Shown: positions 31,896 through 41,141, counted from the stretch's first letter. The stretch: 43,325 nucleotides of DNA from Spirochaetota bacterium (GCA_009778155.1 WRKI01000353.1:1-43325); one strand, 5' to 3'. Translations and numbers: made by a program. The notes: generated by a model not told the origin, from the sequence alone.

Positions 31896-33128
31896 ATGAA
31901 AAAAAGGGTAAAGGCCGGCATTGTCCTGCTGGCTTTGGTTTTCTCGTTTGCTTTGCTTTTGTTGATCTCCGGGTTTAGCACCGCGCTTACGATTAGGATT
32001 TCCAGTTACGCCCTGCCCATTCCGCCTGCGCCGGCACTTGACTTTTCAATGATTTTTGTTGAAAACACCGACGGCACAGACGGCGGCATGGAACGGCTGG
32101 TAAATTCGATGCAATACCACGGGCTTTACTTCCACCAAACCGCCGAATCGCCCGACGGGTTAATCGCCCCCGGCGATGTGGTTTTGCTCAAGATAAACGC
32201 GCAATGGGCGGAACGCGGCGGCACAAACACCGATCTTATTCGCGCCGTTATTCAATCGATAATCGATCACCCCGACGGCTTTACCGGCGAAATAATCGTG
32301 GCGGATAACGGCCAGGCGCAATTTGGCAGCGATCGCCGTGGCGGCAGTCTGGACTGGGCAAACCCGAACTCGGCCTGCCGGCAGCAGTCCACAATGGACG
32401 TTATTCGCTATTTCCAAGCCGGCGGGTATCGCGTAACAGGCGTGTTATGGGATGATTTTACCCGAGTGCGTGTTTCGGAATTTAGCGACGGCGACATGAG
32501 GGACGGGTTTGTCGTGGAAAATGTTAGGCGCAATACCGGGCTGGAAATTTCCTACCCAAAATTCACTACGGAATTTGGAACCCATGTCAGCTTCAAACAG
32601 GGGATTTGGAACGCTGGCACAATGACATACAACAGCGAACAGCTAAAAGTTATCAATATGCCGGTGCTAAAATCGCACAGCCTTTTTCAAGTTACAGGCG
32701 CGGTTAAAAATTACATGGGCGTTCCTTCCGACAGGCTCACGCGAAGGCGGCCGCATTTCAGCGTCGGGCTGGGCGGCATGGGAACGCTTATGGCGGGAAC
32801 AAGAATGCCGGTGTTAAACATAATGGATATGATTTGGGTCGGGGCAGAGCCGGGGCCGGCCAGCTCTTACGCTCTTGCCGTGCAGGTAAACCAAATTGCC
32901 GCATCGATCGATCCTGTCGCGCTGGATCATTGGGCAAGCAGAAATGTGCTTATGCCCGTGGTGGCGCGGCTCCCCGGCGGCCGTTCCCTCGCAATGAACC
33001 CCGACGGCACTGAACCGGGAACCTTCGGGCACTGGCTGCGTTTGTCCATGCACGAGCTTCACAGGGCGGGAATTCCGGCGACAATGGACGAAGCGCAAAT
33101 GCGAATTATTGACAATGGAATGTTGTAA
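31896..33128 (+). CDS. DUF362-like protein with N-terminal signal/anchor
   Basis: GDVVLLKINAQW, INMPVLKSH, VTGAVKNYMG and ASIDPVALD match the DUF362 motif layout. Confidence 0.75.
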   Translation: MKKRVKAGIVLLALVFSFALLLLISGFSTALTIRISSYALPIPPAPALDFSMIFVENTDGTDGGMERLVNSMQYHGLYFHQTAESPDGLIAPGDVVLLKINAQWAERGGTNTDLIRAVIQSIIDHPDGFTGEIIVADNGQAQFGSDRRGGSLDWANPNSACRQQSTMDVIRYFQAGGYRVTGVLWDDFTRVRVSEFSDGDMRDGFVVENVRRNTGLEISYPKFTTEFGTHVSFKQGIWNAGTMTYNSEQLKVINMPVLKSHSLFQVTGAVKNYMGVPSDRLTRRRPHFSVGLGGMGTLMAGTRMPVLNIMDMIWVGAEPGPASSYALAVQVNQIAASIDPVALDHWASRNVLMPVVARLPGGRSLAMNPDGTEPGTFGHWLRLSMHELHRAGIPATMDEAQMRIIDNGML

Positions 33129-33153
33129 AAAGTTGCAATATGGAGGAAATCGA

Positions 33154-34038
33154 ATGAAAACCGTATCGAACAATGTGTACGCTTTTAGCAAAGATAACCC
33201 GCCGGAACTTACCGTGCCTAGCGGCTCGGTCGTAAAGTTTGTAACAAAGGACTGTTTTGCAAATCAGATAACGAGCGAAAATTGCAAAAATGCGCTGGCC
33301 AGTTTTAACTGGAACACGGTGAACCCCGCAACTGGCCCCCTTGCCATTGAAGGTGCGGAGCCGGGGGATGCCCTGCGGGTGGAAATTCAAAAAATCGATC
33401 TTACCGGCGAATCCGCCGTGCTTATGACTGGCAAGGGGCTTGGCATCTGCCAAAAAGATTTCGAGTCGCTGGAAGCCAGGGTAGTCCGCGTAAGGCAGGG
33501 CTTTGTGGAGTTTTCCGACAAAATTAAACTGCCGGTGCGCCCCATGATTGGCGTTATCGGAGTAGCCCCCGCCGGCGAAGCTGTAAACAACGGCACGCCG
33601 GACGAACATGGCGGCAACATGGACTGCAAGGAAATTGTCCAAGGCGCGGCAGTTTACCTGCCAGTAAACGTCAAAGGAGCCTTGCTTGCAATGGGCGACA
33701 TTCACGCGGTAATGGCCGACGGCGAATCCGGCGGAACAGGCGCGGAAATGCCCGCCGAGGTTACCGTCAAGGTGGATGTGTTAAAAAATTTTCCCCTGCC
33801 GACACCCCTTATCGAAAATGACAATTGTTACATGGCCGTACACTCCGCAAAAACTGCCGACGAAGCCATTCAACACGCCGTTTTCAAAGCGGTGCGGCTT
33901 GTTATGGAAAAAATTCCCGGCACAAGCCGCTACGACGCGGTAACATTGGTTTCGCTTGCGGCAGACTTGCGCATCTGCCAAGTTGTCGATCCGCTTATAA
34001 CGGTTCGGTGCGAGCTACCCAAAAAACTTTTCGAGTAA
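33154..34038 (+). CDS. Acetamidase/formamidase family protein
   Basis: NPATGPLAIEGAEPGD, PMIGVIGVAP, HGGNMD, GDIHAVMADGE; ATG 33154 after GGAGG. Confidence 0.92.
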   Translation: MKTVSNNVYAFSKDNPPELTVPSGSVVKFVTKDCFANQITSENCKNALASFNWNTVNPATGPLAIEGAEPGDALRVEIQKIDLTGESAVLMTGKGLGICQKDFESLEARVVRVRQGFVEFSDKIKLPVRPMIGVIGVAPAGEAVNNGTPDEHGGNMDCKEIVQGAAVYLPVNVKGALLAMGDIHAVMADGESGGTGAEMPAEVTVKVDVLKNFPLPTPLIENDNCYMAVHSAKTADEAIQHAVFKAVRLVMEKIPGTSRYDAVTLVSLAADLRICQVVDPLITVRCELPKKLFE

Positions 34039-34055
34039 CGCCCGGCGTTGAAAAG

Positions 34056-34823
34056 CTACAAAACTTGCCCGCAATCGACCTTGATTATCTCTCCCGTCAT
34101 GCTGTCGTTACGCGCTATGCTTAAAAACATAGATGCGCATTCTTCGACACCGACAGTTTTGTTCAGCAAGGTTTTTTGCTTTGCCGCTTGGATATGCTCC
34201 GCGCTGAACCCCGACACCCACCGGGTCATCATAAGCCCTGGGGCTACGGCGTTCACCTTGATTTCCGGGGCTAAGGCCAAGGCAAGGCACTTTGTCATGT
34301 GAATGCCGGCGGCCTTGGACACCGCGTATGCGATACTGCTCCCCGCAGGCGTTAGCCCGGCGGTGGACACGGTGTTGATGATATGCCCGCCCCCGGACTT
34401 CTTCATGATTTTTGCGGCCGCGCGGCTTGCAAAAAAAATCGACATTACATTTGTTTCGTACAAACGCGAAAAGTCATCGGGGTTAAGCCCGTCCAAATCT
34501 TGAAAGCGCACAAATTTGGTTGTCCCGGCGTTGTTGATTAAAATGTCCAGCCCGCCGAGCAGTTCCGCCGACTTCTCCACAAGTTTTTCCGTTTCCTCGA
34601 CAATCGACACGTCCGCTTTCAACGCAAAGGCCTTGACCCCCGCCGCGCCGGCACCGGCCGCGGCCCCGGCCGCGATTTCGGCCGCCGTTTTTTCTGTCTC
34701 TTCGGCAGAAGTCGAGTAGTTTAACACCATATCCACGCCTTCTTTGGCAAGCTGTAACGCTATCTCCCTTCCAAGCCCCGTGCCGCCGCCGGTAATCAGA
34801 GCTTTTTTTCCTTTCAAGTTCAT
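34056..34823 (-). CDS. SDR family oxidoreductase
   Basis: TGGGTGLG, NNAG, catalytic YAVSK, VNAVAPG. Confidence 0.95.
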   Translation of the reverse strand: MNLKGKKALITGGGTGLGREIALQLAKEGVDMVLNYSTSAEETEKTAAEIAAGAAAGAGAAGVKAFALKADVSIVEETEKLVEKSAELLGGLDILINNAGTTKFVRFQDLDGLNPDDFSRLYETNVMSIFFASRAAAKIMKKSGGGHIINTVSTAGLTPAGSSIAYAVSKAAGIHMTKCLALALAPEIKVNAVAPGLMMTRWVSGFSAEHIQAAKQKTLLNKTVGVEECASMFLSIARNDSMTGEIIKVDCGQVL

Positions 34824-34944
34824 TAAAACCCCCTAATGGAGGGTAGGCGGGTTTTGGATTTTTGTCAACAGGGCTTGCAAAGCTGGCGCGGCCGGGAAAA
34901 ATGCTCAATTTGCTGTTTTTTTCAAGGTTTGGGCGGCGGGGGCT

Positions 34945-34973
34945 TTGATTTTTTTTCAATAACTGGTTATAAT
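34945..34973 (+). promoter_or_regulatory. Sigma70 promoter for the M15 peptidase-LCP pair
   Basis: TTGATT, 17 nt, TATAAT. Confidence 0.7.
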
Positions 34974-35014
34974 TGCACTGGTAGCCGATAAAGCTACTAT
35001 AGGGGGTATAGATC

Positions 35015-35968
35015 GTGCGTTTTTCTAAGGTTTTTTTGGGCAAAAGAAAGGTGCTTTTGCTTTTTGCCTTGGCGTTTTTGGCCGTATTGCCGGCTTCCTT
35101 GCAGGCGCAGGCTGCTCAAGAGCAGGCTGCCCACGACCAGGCGGAAAGGATTATGAGGGCGCTTGCCGCCGCGTATCCAAACAAGATTGGTGCGCCGGAG
35201 TTCCGTGGCGGGGATTGGGCTTTCCGTTTGCGGGGCAGGTGGTTCTATTATGCCGACGGCCGCATTCTCCCGGAGGAGCTTAGGGCGCGGGCGGCTTCGT
35301 ACAGCCCCTTGCGCTTTAACCAGAATTATCCCCTGGATTTGCCCTCGTGGGAATCCACCTCGGCAGACCGGGCGGAGCGTACCCGCAGAATGGAAGAACG
35401 CGCCGCCGCAGGCGGGCAGCAGCAGCCGGCCGCCGTGCGGCTTCCACGGCCTCAGTATTTTTTCGAGGAGCTTTGGGACATCCGCAGCCGGGAGCAGGCT
35501 TTTGCACGGCAGGCGCAAATTAGCTTTTTGGGGCGGTCTGTAACGATTCATTCCGATCTTGTCGGCACAATGCGCAGCATCGAAACGATTATTTTGAACG
35601 AAGCCAGCGTAAATCCTGTCGTGCGCCAATGGGTGAATTCCCTTGAAAGCGTTGCCGGCTGGAATTGGCGCAACATAAGAACCTCGAACAACCGCAGTCT
35701 GCACTCTTACGGCATAGCGATCGACATTCTGCCAAGAGACCTTGGGGGGCTTGCAACCTACTGGGCATGGGAAACTTCGCGCACGCCGCAATGGTGGAAC
35801 ATTCCGTATTCCCGGCGCTGGCATCCGCCCAACGAAGTGATTCGTGCGTTTGAATCTTTTGGGTTTGTCTGGGGCGGCAAGTGGACTAGCTTCGACACCA
35901 TGCACTTTGAATACCGCCCGGAGGTGTTTATTCTTAGCAATATTCCACTGGAGCGCGGCCTTGAATAA
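35015..35968 (+). CDS. Exported M15 family metallopeptidase (peptidoglycan-active)
   Basis: Signal peptide; WR..RSLHSYGIAIDI (HxxxxxxD) and WGGKW..FDTMHFEYRPE Zn-ligand motifs. Confidence 0.88.
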   Translation: MRFSKVFLGKRKVLLLFALAFLAVLPASLQAQAAQEQAAHDQAERIMRALAAAYPNKIGAPEFRGGDWAFRLRGRWFYYADGRILPEELRARAASYSPLRFNQNYPLDLPSWESTSADRAERTRRMEERAAAGGQQQPAAVRLPRPQYFFEELWDIRSREQAFARQAQISFLGRSVTIHSDLVGTMRSIETIILNEASVNPVVRQWVNSLESVAGWNWRNIRTSNNRSLHSYGIAIDILPRDLGGLATYWAWETSRTPQWWNIPYSRRWHPPNEVIRAFESFGFVWGGKWTSFDTMHFEYRPEVFILSNIPLERGLE

Positions 35969-37181
35969 AAAAAGAACAATCGCCAGGGTCTTTCTGACCC
36001 TTCTAGTTTTTATCGCCGCCTTTGTCATAACTTTCAATCTCTTGGACAGAAGGCTGACGGGAAACAATGTCAGGATTGTGAGGGTGCCGGATGACACCTT
36101 CAATCGCCAAATCCCGCCTTTGCCTCCAAGCCTGCAAATGATCACGCATGAAGAATTTATGGCGACTATAGAGGAAGAGGCCGAAGAGGAATTATCCTAC
36201 GAAGAAGCCCGAGAATCCATTGAAAGGGATTTTGCCGCAGTTCCCGTGGCTCCGCCAAGGTTGATCCCGGTTCACCCCTCGGCTAGGGTTGCGGGGTTAA
36301 GGAACGACTCTATTTTCGAGCGTCAAGAGATTTCCGACAATATAATCAATGTTTTGTTTTTAGGCGACGATGCCCTTATTCATCAGGATCGCGGGCGTTC
36401 CGACACGATTATGATGCTCTCTTTTAACCGCGATACTCGTGTTGTCAGTCTTACCTCTTTCATGCGCGACATTCTTGTCCCGGACAGGATCGGCAGTGCT
36501 CATTGGAACCGGATGAACTTCATGTACGCGGTCGGCGGCCCCGGCAGAACGATCAATCTTATGAACGATCTTTTCGCGCTGGACATTCAGCGTTTCGCCG
36601 TGGTAAGGTTCGCGGGCGTGTTCGCGCTTGTAGACGCGCTGGACGGGCTGGAACTGCATCTAAGGGCGGACGAAGCGGCGGTAATTAACAGGATTTTCCC
36701 CGATTTTGAAGAGGTTTCTGCCGGCTACAATTTACTGAACGGGCGGCAGGTGCTGGCGTACTCGCGCATGAGGATTGTCGATAATGATTTTGTCCGAACT
36801 CAAAGGCAGAAAAATGTTCTAAGAAGTATTCTTGACCGGGTTTTGGACACAACGACTATGGGGGATGTTTTTACCATTGCGTCTTTCATTCTGGAGCACG
36901 TCGATACAAACTTTACGTTAGGTGAAATGATCACGCTGGGGGTGGATTTGTTTGTGGGAAGCAGGCCTACGATAGAAGAATTGCGCATACCTATTGACGG
37001 GAGTTTTAGGCACGCTGTATACAACGGGGCATATATTCTGGCTATAGATTTCAACGAAAACATCACAGCCCTGCACGAGGCTATTTACAGCACTGCCTAC
37101 GGCGTAACCCTGCTGGACTTCGTTTTGCCCGAAATGGACCGGCCGGAGATCGCATATGTGGAAGAAATCGACGAGGGCTAG
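35961..37181 (+). CDS. LCP (LytR-CpsA-Psr) family protein
   Basis: TTG start overlapping the upstream stop, N-terminal TM, NVLFLGDD, GRSDTIMM, SFMRD, LAYSRMR..DFVRTQRQ. Confidence 0.9.
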   Translation: MNKKRTIARVFLTLLVFIAAFVITFNLLDRRLTGNNVRIVRVPDDTFNRQIPPLPPSLQMITHEEFMATIEEEAEEELSYEEARESIERDFAAVPVAPPRLIPVHPSARVAGLRNDSIFERQEISDNIINVLFLGDDALIHQDRGRSDTIMMLSFNRDTRVVSLTSFMRDILVPDRIGSAHWNRMNFMYAVGGPGRTINLMNDLFALDIQRFAVVRFAGVFALVDALDGLELHLRADEAAVINRIFPDFEEVSAGYNLLNGRQVLAYSRMRIVDNDFVRTQRQKNVLRSILDRVLDTTTMGDVFTIASFILEHVDTNFTLGEMITLGVDLFVGSRPTIEELRIPIDGSFRHAVYNGAYILAIDFNENITALHEAIYSTAYGVTLLDFVLPEMDRPEIAYVEEIDEG

Positions 37182-37198
37182 CGACCGCAGGGGCGGAT

Positions 37199-37226
37199 TC
37201 AATTACCTCGAATTCGAGGTAATTGA
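37199..37226. repeat. Perfect 28-bp palindrome
   Basis: TCAATTACCTCGAATTCGAGGTAATTGA is its own reverse complement; flanked by GCGG...CCGC. Confidence 0.9.
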
Positions 37227-37263
37227 CCGCTGAAGGGACGTTGGATTGATCTGAAAAACAGAA

Positions 37264-37482
37264 ATGCAGAAAACCTTTGATGATTATCTTAATGATCCTA
37301 GGATTAAAAACGAGCCTATGGGCTTGCGAATAACCCATGCAATGCGGTTCAAAGTCCAAGACGAGACTGCCGGAATGAGCGCGGCGGAAAAAGCGGCATA
37401 CTACAAACAGGGGACGGAGGCTTTGTTTACCAGCTTGGGATTGCCCCCTCCGAAATACGCCAGCCCAGGTGATAGACCATGA
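37264..37482 (+). CDS. Small hypothetical protein, paralogue 1 (72 aa)
   Basis: KTFDDYLNDP.I.NEPM.LR..HA.R.K.QDET.GMSA.EKAAYY; aligns with the next ORF. Confidence 0.75.
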   Translation: MQKTFDDYLNDPRIKNEPMGLRITHAMRFKVQDETAGMSAAEKAAYYKQGTEALFTSLGLPPPKYASPGDRP

Positions 37483-37688
37483 AGAAGACGCTTGACGATT
37501 ACATGAACGATCCAGACATTATCAATGTGCCAATGCCTTGGCGGGAAATATATGCGGCTCGCCTGAAAATCCATGACGAGACCAAAGATATGACGGCAGA
37601 GGAACGGGCGGCATACTACAACGCCGGCACTGCCCGGTTTTTTGGAAAAGATGCCGCCGCATTGCCCGGCAGCCGTGCAGGAGAATAG
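37479..37688 (+). CDS. Small hypothetical protein, paralogue 2 (69 aa)
   Basis: KTLDDYMNDPDIINVPMPWREIYAARLKIHDETKDMTAEERAAYY; ATGA overlap with paralogue 1 and an AGGTGA RBS. Confidence 0.78.
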   Translation: MKKTLDDYMNDPDIINVPMPWREIYAARLKIHDETKDMTAEERAAYYNAGTARFFGKDAAALPGSRAGE

Positions 37689-37925
37689 CGACAAACGCAT
37701 GAACGGCATGAACCTCGGAAGTATCTCACACAAAGGCACAAAGTTCAGCTTAGAAAGTGCTGCTTCATCCCTACGTTATCCCCTATTATGCTCTATTGTG
37801 AGGCAAAAGGAAGGCTCAGGCCTTAACCTCCCTTAGTGCCTTAGTGCCTTGGTGCCTTTGTGCCTTCGTGTGATTAAAATGAGAGTAAATTCCGAGGCTC
37901 GAGCATTCATGCGTTTGTCGTGCCG
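37689..37925. mobile_element. MITE/REPIN-like non-coding element, copy 2
   Basis: Terminal CGACAAACGCATGAA / TTCATGCGTTTGTCG (15-bp perfect IR); 2 left and 5 right 8-bp units; core homologous to copy 1 in the same orientation. Confidence 0.7.
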
Positions 37926-38005
37926 CTGGGGAAACTCGGCGCGCCCCCGGAAAGGGGAAAATCGAAAATTTGCCCTTGCAGACAGTAGCATAAAAAATCG
38001 ATTTG

Positions 38006-38014
38006 TGGTAGAAT
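38006..38014 (+). promoter_or_regulatory. Extended -10 promoter for a probably leaderless alaS
   Basis: TGGTAGAAT ends 6 nt before the ATG; no Shine-Dalgarno. Confidence 0.6.
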
Positions 38015-38020
38015 AATCGC

Positions 38021-39844
38021 ATGAATGCTGAAGAACTCCGCAAGAAATATATTGACTTTTTCGTTTCAAAAGGGCACGCCCACATACACGGGAAATCTCT
38101 GCTGCCGGAAAACGACCCCACAGTGCTTTTTACCACCGCCGGAATGCACCCGCTCGTTCCCTACCTGCTGGGCGAAGACCACCCCGCCGGGAACAGACTC
38201 GTAAACTACCAAAAGTGCATCCGCACAGGGGACATCGAAAGCGTCGGCGACACAAGCCACCTCACATTTTTTGAAATGCTGGGCAACTGGTCGCTGGGCG
38301 ACTACTTCAAAGAAGGCGCAATCGAAATGAGCTTCGAGTTCCTGACATCGCCCAAATGGCTCGGAATCCCCATAGAAAAACTCGCAGTAACAGTGTTTGA
38401 AGGCGAAGAAGGCGTACCCCGGGACGACGAATCCGTCGCCGTTTGGAAAAAACTCGGCATACCCGAAAACCGCATCGCCTACCTGCCCCGCGAGGACAAC
38501 TGGTGGGGCCCCGCCGGCACCACAGGCCCCTGCGGCCCAGATTCCGAAATGTTCTATTATATAGGCGACGCCCCGTGCAGCCACGACTGCAAACCAAGCT
38601 GTGCCTGCGGCAAATGGCTGGAAATCTGGAACGACGTATTCATGCAGTACAACAAAAAAGCCGACGGCTCCTACGAACCCTTGGCGCGAAAATGCGTGGA
38701 TACCGGCATGGGCATAGAACGCACAGTCGCAATCCTGAACGGAAAAACCAGCGTTTACGACATAGAAATCTTCACCCCGATAATCAAAGCCATAGGGCAG
38801 GCCGCCGGCGGCTACACCTACGGCAGTGATGAAGAAAAAGACCGATCCGTGCGAATAATCGCCGACCACGTCCGCGCCGCAACCTTCGTGTTGGGCGACC
38901 CACGGGCAGTCAGCCCCTCCAACGCCGGCGCCGGCTACGTCTTGCGCCGCCTAATCCGCCGGGCAGTGCGCCACGGCCGCAAACTCATCCATGCGGAAAC
39001 CCCCGACGCAAAACTCGCCGCCTTTCTTTCCCCAATCGCAAGCGTCGTCATCGACCTCTTCAAAGGCGCATACCCCGAATTGGAAGAAAACAGAGCGTCA
39101 ATCGCCGGCGAGCTAGACCGGGAAGAAAACAAGTTCATCGAAACCCTGCAAAAAGGCGAGCACGAGTTTGAAAAACTCCTGCCCAACCTCTTGAAAGACC
39201 CCCGGAAAGTCATGCCCGGCCGCTTGGCCTTCAAACTTTACGACACCTACGGCTTCCCAATCGAGCTAACCGAGGAACTGGCAAAAGAGCAGGGACTGTC
39301 CATAAACCGGGAAGAGTTTGACGAAGCCTTCAAGAAACACCAAGAACTTTCCCGCGCCCAAAGCGAGCAGGTCTTCAAAGGCGGCCTTGGCGACCAGGGC
39401 GAAATGGCGGTAAGATACCACACCGCCACGCACCTGATGCACAAAGCCCTCAAAATCGTCTTGGGGGAACACGTCGCGCAAAAAGGCTCCAACATAACGG
39501 CCGACCGGATGCGCTTTGACTTTTCGCACCACTCACCCATGACCGAAACCGAAATAAAAAGCGTGCAGGACATCGTCAACGAGCAAATCCAAAAGAACCA
39601 GCCGGTATCAATGGAGCTAATGACCAAGGAAGAAGCCGAAAAGTCCGGCGCAACCGCCCTTTTTGGCGAAAAGTACGAGGAACAGGTCAAAGTCTACAGA
39701 ATAGGCACGGAAGAGGCCTCCTTTTCAAGGGAAGTTTGCGGCGGCCCCCATGTTGACAGCACCGGAACCTTGGGCAACTTCAAGATACAGAAGGAGCAGT
39801 CATCATCTGCCGGGGTCAGACGCATCCGGGCGGTTTTGGAGTAG
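38021..39844 (+). CDS. alaS: Alanine--tRNA ligase (short form without C-Ala domain)
   Basis: FTTAGMHP, QKCIRTGD, TFFEMLGNWS, DTGMGIER, editing motifs HTATHL and CGGPHV; ends at GVRRIRAVLE. Confidence 0.97.
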   Translation: MNAEELRKKYIDFFVSKGHAHIHGKSLLPENDPTVLFTTAGMHPLVPYLLGEDHPAGNRLVNYQKCIRTGDIESVGDTSHLTFFEMLGNWSLGDYFKEGAIEMSFEFLTSPKWLGIPIEKLAVTVFEGEEGVPRDDESVAVWKKLGIPENRIAYLPREDNWWGPAGTTGPCGPDSEMFYYIGDAPCSHDCKPSCACGKWLEIWNDVFMQYNKKADGSYEPLARKCVDTGMGIERTVAILNGKTSVYDIEIFTPIIKAIGQAAGGYTYGSDEEKDRSVRIIADHVRAATFVLGDPRAVSPSNAGAGYVLRRLIRRAVRHGRKLIHAETPDAKLAAFLSPIASVVIDLFKGAYPELEENRASIAGELDREENKFIETLQKGEHEFEKLLPNLLKDPRKVMPGRLAFKLYDTYGFPIELTEELAKEQGLSINREEFDEAFKKHQELSRAQSEQVFKGGLGDQGEMAVRYHTATHLMHKALKIVLGEHVAQKGSNITADRMRFDFSHHSPMTETEIKSVQDIVNEQIQKNQPVSMELMTKEEAEKSGATALFGEKYEEQVKVYRIGTEEASFSREVCGGPHVDSTGTLGNFKIQKEQSSSAGVRRIRAVLE

Positions 39845-39885
39845 AGGCGAGCTTCGACATTTTTTGGGTAAGTGTATTTTTCCTG

Positions 39886-39986
39886 TTGCTTTTCGCCCGT
39901 TTGTTTGTTATACTATGGAAGGTGCAGTTCTATTGTAGCTGTATTTTAACGATTGTGTTGAAAAACGCACGATAAAATGCTATACT
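39886..39986 (+). promoter_or_regulatory. Two tandem sigma70-type promoters before the PPIase-nusB-TPR operon
   Basis: TTGCTT-17-TATACT (39886-39914) and TTGAAA-17-TATACT (39958-39986), both with TG extensions. Confidence 0.6.
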
Positions 39987-40003
39987 TTTTATAGGGATGT
40001 ATT

Positions 40004-41056
40004 ATGAAAAAAACAGTTTTATTGGTTGCATTAGGATTTTTCGCCGTATTTGCCGCGTTTGCCCAAGCCGGGTTACAGCCAGCGGCAACCGTCAATCTTA
40101 CCAGAACCGAGCCGATAACGGTAAACCAGCTTCGCCAAGAAGTTGAGCGGATGGAAAGAAGCGCCGGCGGCCGGACGATGACTCAGCAAGATGTCATGCA
40201 GGTACTGGACATAATGATAAACGAGCGACTTGCGCTTCAAGCCGCCGAGCGTGACCGGATCACCGTTACCGATAACGAGGTGAACCAGCACATTCAGGAG
40301 CTTAGGGCGAGCATGGCTCAAGGCATTGGCCGCCAGCCCAGCGATGCCGAGTTCGCCCAGGCGATTCGTGCGGAAACGGGAATGGAATTGCCGGCGTTCA
40401 GGGAGCAACTTAGAAGGCAGATGACCGTCCAGCGTTATCTTATGACGAGCAAAGAGTCCGTTTTCCGGTCGATTCAGATTCCGACCGAGCAGGACATTCG
40501 CTCCACCTTCGATCTTGCAAGGGCGCAATTTGTCCGCCCGGACACCGTGCGCTTTTCCATGATTCAGGTTCCTTTCGGCCCCGATGCCGCCTCCAGAGCC
40601 AGGGCGAGAACCCAGGCGGACAACTTGGCCAACGAGATTGGCGGGGTGCCTGCCCGGTTTAACGAAGTGGTTACCCGCTCGCAGGCCCCGAACTCCGGCA
40701 TTATGGCCGGAGATGCCGGGTTTCTGCCCCGAACAATGGACGCTAGGGCAATGGTCGGGCAAAACCTGCTCGACACGGCCTTCAGCCTGCGCAACGGCGA
40801 GGTTTCCGGCGTAATCGAAGGCACGGTTGGTTTCCAGATAATTCTGGTTACCGAAACCTATGCCATGCAAAACCTTGATTTGGGCGACATTGCCTTTCTT
40901 GGAACCAACGTAACCGTGCGGGATCAGATCGGCAACACGCTTTTGCAGCAAAGACAGCAGGAAGCTATGGCAAGAGCCTCGCAAGAGCTTGTTACCGAAC
41001 TTCGTGCCGGAAGGCCTTTTAGGATTTTTGAAGAAAACGTAAGGGCTTTAAGATAA
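40004..41056 (+). CDS. SurA/PpiC-type periplasmic peptidyl-prolyl isomerase chaperone
   Basis: Signal peptide, SurA N-domain (VLDIMINERLALQAAERDRITVTD), parvulin-like GDAGF...AFSL..GEVSGVIE...GFQII. Confidence 0.85.
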   Translation: MKKTVLLVALGFFAVFAAFAQAGLQPAATVNLTRTEPITVNQLRQEVERMERSAGGRTMTQQDVMQVLDIMINERLALQAAERDRITVTDNEVNQHIQELRASMAQGIGRQPSDAEFAQAIRAETGMELPAFREQLRRQMTVQRYLMTSKESVFRSIQIPTEQDIRSTFDLARAQFVRPDTVRFSMIQVPFGPDAASRARARTQADNLANEIGGVPARFNEVVTRSQAPNSGIMAGDAGFLPRTMDARAMVGQNLLDTAFSLRNGEVSGVIEGTVGFQIILVTETYAMQNLDLGDIAFLGTNVTVRDQIGNTLLQQRQQEAMARASQELVTELRAGRPFRIFEENVRALR

Positions 41057-41141
41057 GCCCCCGGAGAATTGCTGGTTGCGGCACGCCGCAATCAGCGTTT
41101 TCTTTTTTGCGCGTGGCGCAATTGAAAAGCGAGTGTTCATC

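Noticed and set aside
34984-34991. Sigma28 -10 box GCCGATAA before the M15 peptidase
   Set aside because: No -35 match at the right spacing, and a good sigma70 promoter lies immediately upstream.
34997-36145. Long antisense or alternate-frame ORFs in the track (e.g. 34997-36145, 38066-38869, 40073-40984, 732-1400)
   Set aside because: They overlap well-supported genes, lack RBS and recognisable motifs, and are explained by codon bias.
38021-39844. Truncated alaS pseudogene
   Set aside because: Catalytic and editing motifs are intact; ~600-aa AlaRS without C-Ala is known in spirochaetes.
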